Assembly: GCA_963733035.1 (NCBI GenBank)
Contig: CAVTBU010000008.1
Span: 192,001 to 256,000 of the forward strand
Origin: Pirellulales bacterium
GTDB taxonomy: Bacteria > Planctomycetota > Planctomycetia > Pirellulales > PALSA-1355
Direction of reading: 5' to 3'
Length of the DNA: 64,000 nucleotides
This document shows positions 32,484-41,018 of the stretch, one piece after another. The notes under the pieces were generated by a model. That model was not told the origin of the DNA. It saw only the letters and a program-made list of their open reading frames with translations, and did not search any database. Position 1 is the first letter of the stretch, and each line of letters begins with the position of its first letter. The translations under genes and the position numbers were made by a program.

Positions 32484-32699
32484 ATGCTCGTCTTATCTCG
32501 GAAGGTAAACGAGACCATCATCATTAACGACAACATCGTGATTACCGTCGTCGACATCCGCGGCGACAAGGTCCGGCTTGGTATCGAAGCGCCAAAGGAC
32601 GTTCCGGTGCACCGCCAGGAGGTGTACGACGCGATTAAACGTGCCGAGGGAACGGAAGGCGCACACAGGGCAGATTCCTCGAATTCTTCGAACTCATAG
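32484..32699 (+). CDS. csrA: Carbon storage regulator CsrA
   Basis: MLVLSRKVNETIII...VRLGIEAPKDVPVHRQEVY; AGGAGG RBS. Confidence 0.95.
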   Translation: MLVLSRKVNETIIINDNIVITVVDIRGDKVRLGIEAPKDVPVHRQEVYDAIKRAEGTEGAHRADSSNSSNS

Positions 32700-32708
32700 G
32701 GAGATCCC

Positions 32709-33029
32709 ATGACCACCCAAGAAAAAACACAGAAGCCAATGACGAAGACGGAAATCGCGACGCACTTGAGCGAGCGAACCGGTTTGAACAAGGCCCAAAT
32801 CTCCAGCGTCTTCGAGTCGTTGGCCGATCTGGTCGCCAAACAGCTCAACGAAGGCCCCGGCATCTTTACGCTGCCTGGCCTGCTCAAGATCAAGGTGGTC
32901 CGCAAGCCGGCCGTCGCTGAGCGGACGGGTATCAATCCCTTCACCAAGCAGGAAACCACGTTCAAGGCCAAACCGGCTCGCAACGTGATCAAATTGCAGG
33001 CGCTCAAGAACCTGAAGCAAATGGTCTAA
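32709..33029 (+). CDS. HU family DNA-binding protein
   Basis: MTKTEIA, GINPFT arm, 106 aa and basic. Confidence 0.92.
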   Translation: MTTQEKTQKPMTKTEIATHLSERTGLNKAQISSVFESLADLVAKQLNEGPGIFTLPGLLKIKVVRKPAVAERTGINPFTKQETTFKAKPARNVIKLQALKNLKQMV

Positions 33030-33091
33030 CGACCAACCAGCTTGAGCGAGATACAACGGCAGCCGGAAAGGAATCTGGCTAGCCACGTAGC

Positions 33092-33129
33092 AGCCGTCCT
33101 CGTTGATTTCAGCGAGGACGGCTTTTTTT
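33092..33129 (+). terminator. Rho-independent terminator of csrA-HU
   Basis: AGCCGTCCTCGTTGA/TCAGCGAGGACGGCT followed by a T-run. Confidence 0.85.
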
Positions 33130-33466
33130 ACTTGGGGACTCCGCGCCGGAATTCCCACCGCCTCCCAAACCGGCAGCGCTGAATCGAAAAACCCGCCAGG
33201 CGACGCCCGCCCGGGTCGGCCACCGTGGCGGGTTTCACCCCAGCCGAGCGTAACGTACCAAGACGACTCTGTTAAACCAGATATCAACTAGGAAGCCCGT
33301 TTTGTTTCAAAAACCTTGGCTGTAGTCCACGCAATTGTGGACGACATCCGGCCCAGCGGAGATCTGCGCGAGCGGGAGCTTCGTTCGTCCTGGTCGGCAG
33401 GAAATTTAACCCTTGGCGAGCTCGCCCGTATTCTCGATCGGGCACTTTCAGAAGGCGAAACTTCGT

Positions 33467-34672
33467 TCAAGAGGTCGGCGCGATTCGCCCGGTACCCAGC
33501 GATTCGAGCCGGGCGACAATCTCTGCGATTTGCCGGTGTTCGTCAAAATCCGCGTAGCGTTCCGCAAATCTTGCCGCGCCCTGCAACCGTTCGCCCTCGG
33601 CAAGCAACTTCTGAAATTGCCGCTCAATCTCGACAGCCTGGTCTGGTGGTGCTGGCAGGCCCGCATTCATCCGCATGATAGCCATCGCCAGCAGCGACTG
33701 CTCGACGTAGATCGGAATCTGCAGCGACGGTTTGCCAGCACGCAAGATGCTCACTGCCGTGCCGTGATTCGCGTTCAGAATCGCCACGTCACATTCTTGG
33801 GCGACGCGATCGATATCCAACGGCTCGGTCTCGAATCGCACGGTCGACCCTTGAAACCGCCTCCGCAATTCCTCGGGGATCTCGTTGCCGAAAACAATGG
33901 CCGGCTGGCCCGAGCGGCGAATCACGTCGAGTAGTGCCGGCAGTTCCGGAAACGGCTTCAGGTAGGCATAAATCTTCTTACCTGACGCCGCCGGCCAAAC
34001 CGGCTGTTTACCGAAACCACCCGACCACGCTCCCCAGTAGCGCACGCCGGGACGTGCACCATAGTGATCGAGTTCGGAAAACGTGACGAGCAAGTGCTCG
34101 TCACTAGGATGATATAGGGCGGCAAGATGCTCTAGCGGCGGCAGACGCAGGTGTTCGAGGACCTGATTGGCGACATCGAGCACGGTCTGATCATCGCGCA
34201 GCAACTGTGCGGGATCTGGATTCAGCCAGGGCTGCAGGCAGGGCATGGGTGTCTGATCAGGAGGAAGGAAGAACCCCGTCCCCAGCGTGACGCGCTTGGC
34301 GCGTGACCCTCGCGCGGCCAAGAGGGCCGTCGGGCTATGATCGAAGACAATCACATCGGGATCGACTTGCCGAAAGATATTGCGCCACGCCTCGCTCAAC
34401 GTGCGCAGTTCACCAGCATCACAAAAGCCGTTCTCGTAAAGGATATGAGAAAAACTAAGGGTCGGCCCCAGGTAGCGAGTACGCTGCTGTTTGAACGGCG
34501 CTTGCCAGCACGAAATGCTCTCCGCATTGAATATCGATCCGGCCTTGGCCAAGTCGCGTAGAACCAGCGCGACGCGGTGTCCCCTGGCGCTAAGCCCCGC
34601 AACGAGGGGGCGCAGGTTGATCAAGTGTCCTAATCCGTACCCAAGTTCCCAGGTGAAAAGGTAGGTGGCCAT
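33467..34672 (-). CDS. GT-B glycosyltransferase (GT1/GT28-like)
   Basis: WELGYGLGH, PDVIVFDHSP, AGKPSLQIP..EQ. Confidence 0.8.
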   Translation of the reverse strand: MATYLFTWELGYGLGHLINLRPLVAGLSARGHRVALVLRDLAKAGSIFNAESISCWQAPFKQQRTRYLGPTLSFSHILYENGFCDAGELRTLSEAWRNIFRQVDPDVIVFDHSPTALLAARGSRAKRVTLGTGFFLPPDQTPMPCLQPWLNPDPAQLLRDDQTVLDVANQVLEHLRLPPLEHLAALYHPSDEHLLVTFSELDHYGARPGVRYWGAWSGGFGKQPVWPAASGKKIYAYLKPFPELPALLDVIRRSGQPAIVFGNEIPEELRRRFQGSTVRFETEPLDIDRVAQECDVAILNANHGTAVSILRAGKPSLQIPIYVEQSLLAMAIMRMNAGLPAPPDQAVEIERQFQKLLAEGERLQGAARFAERYADFDEHRQIAEIVARLESLGTGRIAPTS

Positions 34673-34821
34673 GATCTCATGAACCACCCTGGATCAGGAC
34701 GGTCGACTGGGGAGAACGACATTCCGCATGCTGAGGACACGCGCGACGCAAGCGGTCTCCATTATCCCGCGTCAAATCAATCAGGTACGTAATTTGCCTG
34801 CGATCACGTCCGCATTCGGAG

Positions 34822-34892
34822 CTGCCCAGCAAGGATTCGAACCTTGACTAAATGGTTCAGAGCCATTCGTGCTACCGTTACACCACCGGGCA
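34822..34892 (-). tRNA. tRNA-Gln (anticodon CUG), CCA not encoded
   Basis: TGCCCGG-TGGTGTAACGGTAGCAC-G-AATGG-CT-CTG-AA-CCATT-TAGT-CAAGG-TTCGAAT-CCTTG-CTGGGCA-G: full cloverleaf with U1-A72. Confidence 0.95.
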
Positions 34893-35118
34893 AAGAGGGC
34901 CGCGCCTGGCGGGAGCTGACACTCCAACTTGGCGACCGCATTTAAGCCTAGAATTGAGCCCTTTGTCCGTCAAGGCCGCCGGGCCCGCACGACCGGAGCA
35001 ACCCGTTGGTCGCGGCGGAAGCCGCCGGGTGTTCGCTGGTCAAACATTGGTTATACTGGAGTTTTGCGGCACTCGATCCCTCTTTGCCACATCGGCCCTA
35101 CCCGGGGCACCTGTCGCG

Positions 35119-35412
35119 ATGGCCAGTGATGCGAACGAAGCACCCGAGCGGCGCGTCGTGCATTATTCGGGCCGTGTCCAGGGAGTCGGTTTTCGCTACA
35201 CGGCTCGTGGACTGGCGGAGCGCCACGATGTGCGAGGATTCGTCCAAAACCTGGCAGACGGTCGCGTGTTGCTGGTGGTTGAAGACGTCCCCAGTAAGCT
35301 CGACCGACTGCTAGCCTCGATCGCCGACGAAATGGCCCAGTTCATTCGCAACACGCAATCGCAAGTTCTACCTGCCTGTGGCGAATTCACCGATTTCCAA
35401 ATCCGCCGATAA
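35119..35412 (+). CDS. acyP: Acylphosphatase
   Basis: GRVQGVGFRY and GFVQNLADGRV. Confidence 0.92.
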   Translation: MASDANEAPERRVVHYSGRVQGVGFRYTARGLAERHDVRGFVQNLADGRVLLVVEDVPSKLDRLLASIADEMAQFIRNTQSQVLPACGEFTDFQIRR

Positions 35413-35453
35413 CATCTCTCAAAACGCCTCTATCCAAGCCGGAACTTCTCTCC

Positions 35454-36962
35454 ATGTTCGGAATGCCCGTACTCGTTCTTGGACTCTTGCACACCTGGCT
35501 GACCCCCTTTTGGCTGCTTAGCGTGGGCGTGGCGGCCGGAGTCGTGACTCTGGCGATCCTCTACGGCGTATTGTTCCTGGCTTGGCGGCCGGCAGCCGAC
35601 TTCCTGGTGGCAAGCGTACGCGAAGGGATATTGCTGCCCCTCTTTTATCTCGCATTGTTCCTCACCGGTTTTGCCGTCTTGGGCACGTTTTTGATTCCAG
35701 CCTTGCCGTATCGAACCGTCGCCACATCAATTGCGCGCTTGCCGAACGTCGGCACACGCAGTTGGGACTTCGAGATTCCGGCCGAAACCACGGACTACAA
35801 ACTTGAAAAACTGCATCTGCGCCTTCCGGAGCTCAAGTCTTTTTCTGCCGACGCCGACGGGCCGCTCGCGATCAGCACAAATATTGTATCGGGACTGGGC
35901 CAGACACTCGGGATGCGTGTTGGTCCGGCCGCAGACGTCAGCTGGCAGCGCCCCGAGATTGAGGAAAAGAAACCCGCGTTCGAACCGCCATTCACCAACT
36001 GGACCGTCACGAACACCAGTTCGGCGCCGGTGAAATTGCACTTGGTTACGGTCACGAATTTGGAATTTCCCCAAGTCTACATCGTGCCCGTCACGGCGCT
36101 TTGTTTGATCGGGCTCGTCGGCGCGTATGTTGGCATGCGCACGGCACTTCCCAAAGTATCGGCCATCGCGCTAACCACCGCTCGCGACTCAATGTCCCAA
36201 CCCTTGTTTTACCTGGCATTGGGACTAGGCACATGCGGTCTCTTGGCCTTCGTCTATATTCCCTACAACACGTTCGGCGAAGATATCAAGATGCTCAAGG
36301 ACTCCGGCCTGATTTGGATCATGGTTTGGGGAATGATCGTCGCGATTTGGTCAGCAAGCGTGTCGATTTCCGAGGAGGTCGAGGGCCGGACAGCATTGAC
36401 GGTGCTCTCGAAGCCCGTCCAGCGACGGCAATTCATCCTCGGCAAGTTCCTAGGAGTGCTCGGACCGGTTGTCGTGTTGTTCATTGTCTTGGGCGTGCTG
36501 TTTCTGCTAACCGTTTCGTTCAAGGTCGTGCATGATGCCCGCGAAACGGCCAAAACCGAACCACCCTGGCAGCTTTGCTATCTTGAAATGGTCCGAATCA
36601 TACCGGGTCTCGTACTCGCATTCTTCGAGACGGTCGTATTGGCAGCGATTAGCGTTGCAATTTCCACTCGGCTGCCAATGCTTGCCAACTTGATCATTTG
36701 CTCATCAATCTACGTGCTAGGCCACCTCGTCCCGCTGGTCGTCAATTCGTCGGTTGGAAAGTTTGAAATCGTGCGATTTGTAGGGCAATTCATCGCCACC
36801 GTGCTGCCGGTACTCGATCACTTCAACATCCAGGCCGCGGTCGCCGCAGGTGTACGCGTACCGCTCGACTATTTGGGAATGGCGCTCGTGTATTGCGTGC
36901 TTTATTCCGCAATCGCGATGCTCGTGGGGCTGGCGATGTTCGAAGACCGCGATTTGGCGTGA
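35454..36962 (+). CDS. ABC-2 type transporter permease with N-terminal extra domain
   Basis: EEVEGRTALTVLSKPVQRRQFILGKFLG; C-terminal FEDRDL. Confidence 0.85.
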   Translation: MFGMPVLVLGLLHTWLTPFWLLSVGVAAGVVTLAILYGVLFLAWRPAADFLVASVREGILLPLFYLALFLTGFAVLGTFLIPALPYRTVATSIARLPNVGTRSWDFEIPAETTDYKLEKLHLRLPELKSFSADADGPLAISTNIVSGLGQTLGMRVGPAADVSWQRPEIEEKKPAFEPPFTNWTVTNTSSAPVKLHLVTVTNLEFPQVYIVPVTALCLIGLVGAYVGMRTALPKVSAIALTTARDSMSQPLFYLALGLGTCGLLAFVYIPYNTFGEDIKMLKDSGLIWIMVWGMIVAIWSASVSISEEVEGRTALTVLSKPVQRRQFILGKFLGVLGPVVVLFIVLGVLFLLTVSFKVVHDARETAKTEPPWQLCYLEMVRIIPGLVLAFFETVVLAAISVAISTRLPMLANLIICSSIYVLGHLVPLVVNSSVGKFEIVRFVGQFIATVLPVLDHFNIQAAVAAGVRVPLDYLGMALVYCVLYSAIAMLVGLAMFEDRDLA

Positions 36963-37143
36963 GCCAGGCCGCCGGTGTCTCTCCAACGACCACGAACTGC
37001 CGCCCGTCGCTCGACTGCGCGCCGGCGCCGTGAGACATTGGCAAGACCCCATGATTCTGGCCGCGTGCGGCCGCATATCCGGAGCTGCCTCCCGGCGTAC
37101 CGCGTGGCGATGGCCGCGCCTGGCTCCAATTCTCGGGCGGTGC

Positions 37144-38238
37144 TCAGCCCGCTTCGCGATGGACCGGAGGGTGGGAAAGCGGAAGACGCCAGTGAGGGCC
37201 GCGCAGGATGGGTGGCGTCTTGGAGCGCGCCTGCCAGCGATGCGATTGGACCGATTCGACGACCGCCTCGGCCACAGCCAGGGCATCTCGCCCTTGTTGC
37301 CCCGTAACGCGCGGTTGCGTGCCCGCACGTACCGCATCGACGAAGTCTCGCAGTTCATCCGCCAATGCGTTGCGTGATTCAACGGCGACGGGTTCGAGTT
37401 TCAAAATGTCGGCGAAGACTCGCTCCTTGAACCCGATCTTCTGCTCCGCCGGCAGGGAGTTGTAGTCAAAGCTGCCGTTGCGCACTGCCTCGCAGGGCGT
37501 AATGACCTTCACGGCCCGCAGGCCGAAGTCGATTTCCGCGAACCCTTCTGCCGACCACAATTGCATTCGCCGATTGGGAGTTTCGCTGCAGCTTACGCGC
37601 GAGGCGCTCAAATTGGCCACACAGCCGTCTGCAAATTCGAGCCGCGCCTGGGCGGCATCTTCCTTTTGTCCCAGAATGGGCACCCCGATTGCATCCACGC
37701 GTGCCAGGGGTGCCTCGACAAGCGAAAGCACCAGGTCGATGTCGTGGATCATCAAATCGTGCACGACGCCAATATCCGTCGAACGCCCGGTAAAGCCACT
37801 CGCTCGGATGGCATCGATGTATTGTGGCCGGCGAATCCTTGCCGCTGCCGCCGTGAACGCGGGATTAAAGCGCTCGATGTGTCCAACTTGCAAGATAGCG
37901 CCGTTTCGACGCGCCGTATCGACTAGCTCATCTGCTTCGGCAACGCTCGCTGCGATCGGCTTTTCAACGAGCAGCGGCGTACTCTGCCCAAGAAAGTCGA
38001 TAGCCACATCGCGATGAAACCGCGTCGGCGTGGCAATTACGGCCGCATCCACACGGCCGATCAACTCGCGGTGGTCAGCGAATGGCGTCGTGCCCGAGTC
38101 GAATGCTACTTGTTCGCGGGCCTGTCGCTCCGGGTCAGCCACGCCCACGAGCACGACGTCGTCCATTTGCGCGATGAGTCGCGCATGGATTCGCCCCAGA
38201 TGGCCAGTCCCGATGACCGCCAGTTTCAAAGGTTTCAC
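37144..38238 (-). CDS. Gfo/Idh/MocA oxidoreductase (GnnA-like)
   Basis: GTGHLG, VEKP, GHIERFNPA, DLMIHDID; start overlaps the lpxA stop. Confidence 0.85.
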   Translation of the reverse strand: MKPLKLAVIGTGHLGRIHARLIAQMDDVVLVGVADPERQAREQVAFDSGTTPFADHRELIGRVDAAVIATPTRFHRDVAIDFLGQSTPLLVEKPIAASVAEADELVDTARRNGAILQVGHIERFNPAFTAAAARIRRPQYIDAIRASGFTGRSTDIGVVHDLMIHDIDLVLSLVEAPLARVDAIGVPILGQKEDAAQARLEFADGCVANLSASRVSCSETPNRRMQLWSAEGFAEIDFGLRAVKVITPCEAVRNGSFDYNSLPAEQKIGFKERVFADILKLEPVAVESRNALADELRDFVDAVRAGTQPRVTGQQGRDALAVAEAVVESVQSHRWQARSKTPPILRGPHWRLPLSHPPVHREAG

Positions 38239-39041
38239 GCCGCTCTCCTGCGTTCCCGAGCCCGGCCGTGCTTGCCTTCCTGCTGCATTTGCACGAAGCT
38301 TAATAGCTCGTTGACGGGCGGAATCAACTGGTCGTTGCCCCGCAAGATCTCGCGAGCGTGATCCAGCCCGACCTTGGCGCGGTAGAGCAGTCGGTGCGCT
38401 TCAGCGAGCGAATTGATGACGTCCGGCGCGAAGTCATTTCGCTTGAGCGCCACGACGTTGATACAGCGCGGTCGCGCGGGATGACCTTCCACCAGCATAA
38501 AGGGTGGCACGTCGTGCAAGACGCGGCTGCAGCCGCTGATGAAACTGTAGCTGCCAACCGAGGCATAGTGATGAATCGCCACGGCGCCCGACAGCGAGGC
38601 GTGGTCGTGCACGTGAACGTGACCGCCAAGCAGCGTGCCGTTGGCAATCACGATGTGACTTCCAAGGCGGCAATCGTGGGCCACGTGCGAGCACGCCATC
38701 AAGAAGTTGTGGCTGCCAACGGTCGTGACGCCATCCTCTTTTTCGCTGGCGCGGTTGATCGTAACGCATTCGCGAATCACATTGTGATCGCCAATTACGA
38801 CCTGCGTATCACTGCCGCGATAGCTGATGTCTTGAGGTTCGCCACCAATGACTACGCCGGGCCAAAGATGATTGTGCTGCCCCAGCGTCACGCGTCCCAT
38901 GAGCGTGACGTTGTTCTCCAGGCGCGTGCCACGCCCGATGCGAGCATTCGGCCCGATCACGCAAAAAGGGCCGATCTCAACGTCCACGTCGATTTCCGCC
39001 CGAGGATGAATCGACACGTTGTCCGCGATACAGGTAGCCAT
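38235..39041 (-). CDS. lpxA: Acyl-ACP--UDP-N-acetylglucosamine O-acyltransferase
   Basis: Hexapeptide repeats, GGEPQD, HVAHDC, DVPPF. Confidence 0.95.
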   Translation of the reverse strand: MATCIADNVSIHPRAEIDVDVEIGPFCVIGPNARIGRGTRLENNVTLMGRVTLGQHNHLWPGVVIGGEPQDISYRGSDTQVVIGDHNVIRECVTINRASEKEDGVTTVGSHNFLMACSHVAHDCRLGSHIVIANGTLLGGHVHVHDHASLSGAVAIHHYASVGSYSFISGCSRVLHDVPPFMLVEGHPARPRCINVVALKRNDFAPDVINSLAEAHRLLYRAKVGLDHAREILRGNDQLIPPVNELLSFVQMQQEGKHGRARERRRAA

Positions 39042-39132
39042 GATAGCGCTCCGCATCCTTTCGTTTCGCTCTGCTACGGGCCTCCTTGCCCGCAGTTGTG
39101 GCAAACGATTTTGGCCCCTCCGTCGCTGGCCG

Positions 39133-40005
39133 CTAGGCGCTGCGACGCCGGCCTTCCACAATTTCCTCTTCGACGAGCAGGGCCCTGACGAGCTCCGCGT
39201 TCAATCGATGCCCGCTTCGATGGGCGATAAAATGCCCGACCAAATCACAACCGGCCAGGGCCAGGTCCCCCACCAAATCAAGGGCCTTATGGCGCACGCA
39301 CTCGTCGCGGTATCGTAGTTCATTTTCGACCGGCCCATTTTTGTCGAACACCAATACATTCTGATAGGTCGCACGACGACCCAGGCCCTTGGAAATCAAC
39401 CACTCCGCTTCCTCTTGTAGGACAAACGTCCGACTGGGAGCCAACTCACGCTCGAACGACTCGGGAGTCACTGCCAACTGTAACGTCTGCCGGCCGATGG
39501 CGTTGCCGCTACCGTAGTCCAACCGAAACTTGACCGACAATGCCCCGTTGGGACTCGGTCGGGCCTCGACCCAGGAATCCTCGGTCCCAAGCCGGGTGAC
39601 ATTTCGCACCACCAATCGCGGCCGCAGCGCAGCCTGTTCAACGAGGCCGGCTTGTCCGAGTGCCTCGACAAATGGCTGTGCCGAGCCGTCGCAGCCTGGC
39701 ATCTCGGCTTCGTCGACCCACACTTCGCAATTATCAATTTGCAATCCCGACAAGGCGGCCATCACATGCTCAACCATTTCGACGCTGGCCCGGCCACTGG
39801 TCAGCGTTGTTCTCCGCGGCGTTTCGATGCGGTTGGCCACCGAGGCGCCAATCCGGGCCTCTCCCAGATCACGGCGGACAAAGACGATTCCCGTGTCCGG
39901 GGCCGCAGGCCGAAACTCCAGCCGAACATCTCGGCCGCTCCAAAAACCAAACCCAAAGACCGAAACCGCCTGGGAGATCGTGCGTTGATTTCGTAGTGCG
40001 TGCAT
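39133..40005 (-). CDS. lpxC: UDP-3-O-acyl-N-acetylglucosamine deacetylase
   Basis: QRTI, VEHVMAAL, DGSA, RHKALDLVGDL, SGHRLN. Confidence 0.95.
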   Translation of the reverse strand: MHALRNQRTISQAVSVFGFGFWSGRDVRLEFRPAAPDTGIVFVRRDLGEARIGASVANRIETPRRTTLTSGRASVEMVEHVMAALSGLQIDNCEVWVDEAEMPGCDGSAQPFVEALGQAGLVEQAALRPRLVVRNVTRLGTEDSWVEARPSPNGALSVKFRLDYGSGNAIGRQTLQLAVTPESFERELAPSRTFVLQEEAEWLISKGLGRRATYQNVLVFDKNGPVENELRYRDECVRHKALDLVGDLALAGCDLVGHFIAHRSGHRLNAELVRALLVEEEIVEGRRRSA

Positions 40006-40080
40006 CAAGGCTGTTTGTGCGAACGACTGGGAAGAACTTTTGGACAACGCAGCGAACAGGGCCCTCCGTCGGCACCCGGC

Positions 40081-40731
40081 CTAGCGGCGCGGCGTGCCCC
40101 GCGGTTGAGCGGCCACGGCTGCCTTGCGGTTCAAGTCAGCCAGGATCACATCGGTGATGTCAATGTTCTTGTCGTAGTACATGACCAACTTGAACACTTC
40201 CATCTGCACCATTTCACGGTTATTCGGGTCGATGGGAGCACCGTTAAACCGCAGCACGAGCTGAATCCCATGTTGCTGTGAATACTCGGCAACCGCGGCC
40301 GTCAGCTCCTGGTAAGCCTTGAGATAGTAGGTGCTCTCCTTCTCGGCGAAGTCACGGCGCTTCGAAGCGACATCCAACTTCCAATCGCTCTCGGCCTTCG
40401 TGATCTCTTCCTCAAGCCGCTTGTATTCAGGACTCCCCGGCTGGAACGCCTTCAATCCTTCGGCCTTCTTTTGGATGCCGTCGCGGACCTTCTTGAGATC
40501 GTCCTCAGCCTTCTGCGCGAGGTTCTTGTAATACTCCATCGCGCTCTTGAGCTTGGAGTAGTTTTCAAGAATGAAGGTAACATCGATCACGGCGATGCCG
40601 TGCGGGCAACTTGGCGCTGCTGCCGGAGCGGCCGGACGAGCGAGCGGTTGCGGTTGCGCCAACACGCGGTCGGCAGCGCACGCAAAACAAGCGACGGCCA
40701 CGAGCGTGGCCACGAAGAGAGATGTTCGCAC
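40081..40731 (-). CDS. skp: OmpH/Skp periplasmic chaperone
   Basis: Signal peptide, IAVIDV, long helices, IDITDVIL; upstream of the lpx genes. Confidence 0.85.
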   Translation of the reverse strand: MRTSLFVATLVAVACFACAADRVLAQPQPLARPAAPAAAPSCPHGIAVIDVTFILENYSKLKSAMEYYKNLAQKAEDDLKKVRDGIQKKAEGLKAFQPGSPEYKRLEEEITKAESDWKLDVASKRRDFAEKESTYYLKAYQELTAAVAEYSQQHGIQLVLRFNGAPIDPNNREMVQMEVFKLVMYYDKNIDITDVILADLNRKAAVAAQPRGTPRR

Positions 40732-40736
40732 GTTTG

Positions 40737-40821
40737 AGCACTCCTTGCTGTAGACGGCTGGTCGTCCGTGACCTTGCGCTGTCCATCCGCAGGACATTCC
40801 GACCGGACCTGTCCAAGCAGG
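40737..40821 (-). promoter_or_regulatory. Leader with four GGA-loop hairpins (putative CsrA sites)
   Basis: CCTG-CTTGGA-CAGG, TGTCC-TGCGGAT-GGACA, GGTC-ACGGAC-GACC and AGCA-AGGAG-TGCT (the RBS). Confidence 0.6.
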
Positions 40822-41018
40822 GCCCGGGGGGGGTCGATTTCAGGGCGGTATTCTGCCGAGAAGGCCAATTTTCGTAAAGGCCAATAATCGCCCGCGTTTT
40901 CCCGAGGGTTCGCCAGCTATCGCCCAAGCTTCATTTACACGCGAATTGCAATCCGGCGTTCAAAACGCGTCTTGCGTGCTCAGCGCGGAGGACAGGCCAA
41001 ACGGGGTTCGCAATTAGC

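Noticed and set aside
33133..33235. tmRNA/tRNA-like 3' end look-alike and a large hairpin
   Set aside because: No TTCG T-loop or cloverleaf; the hairpin with its A-run fits a terminator for the minus-strand glycosyltransferase.
34852..35118. N-terminal extension of acylphosphatase
   Set aside because: It overlaps the tRNA-Gln gene and its upstream region; the family domain begins at ATG 35119.
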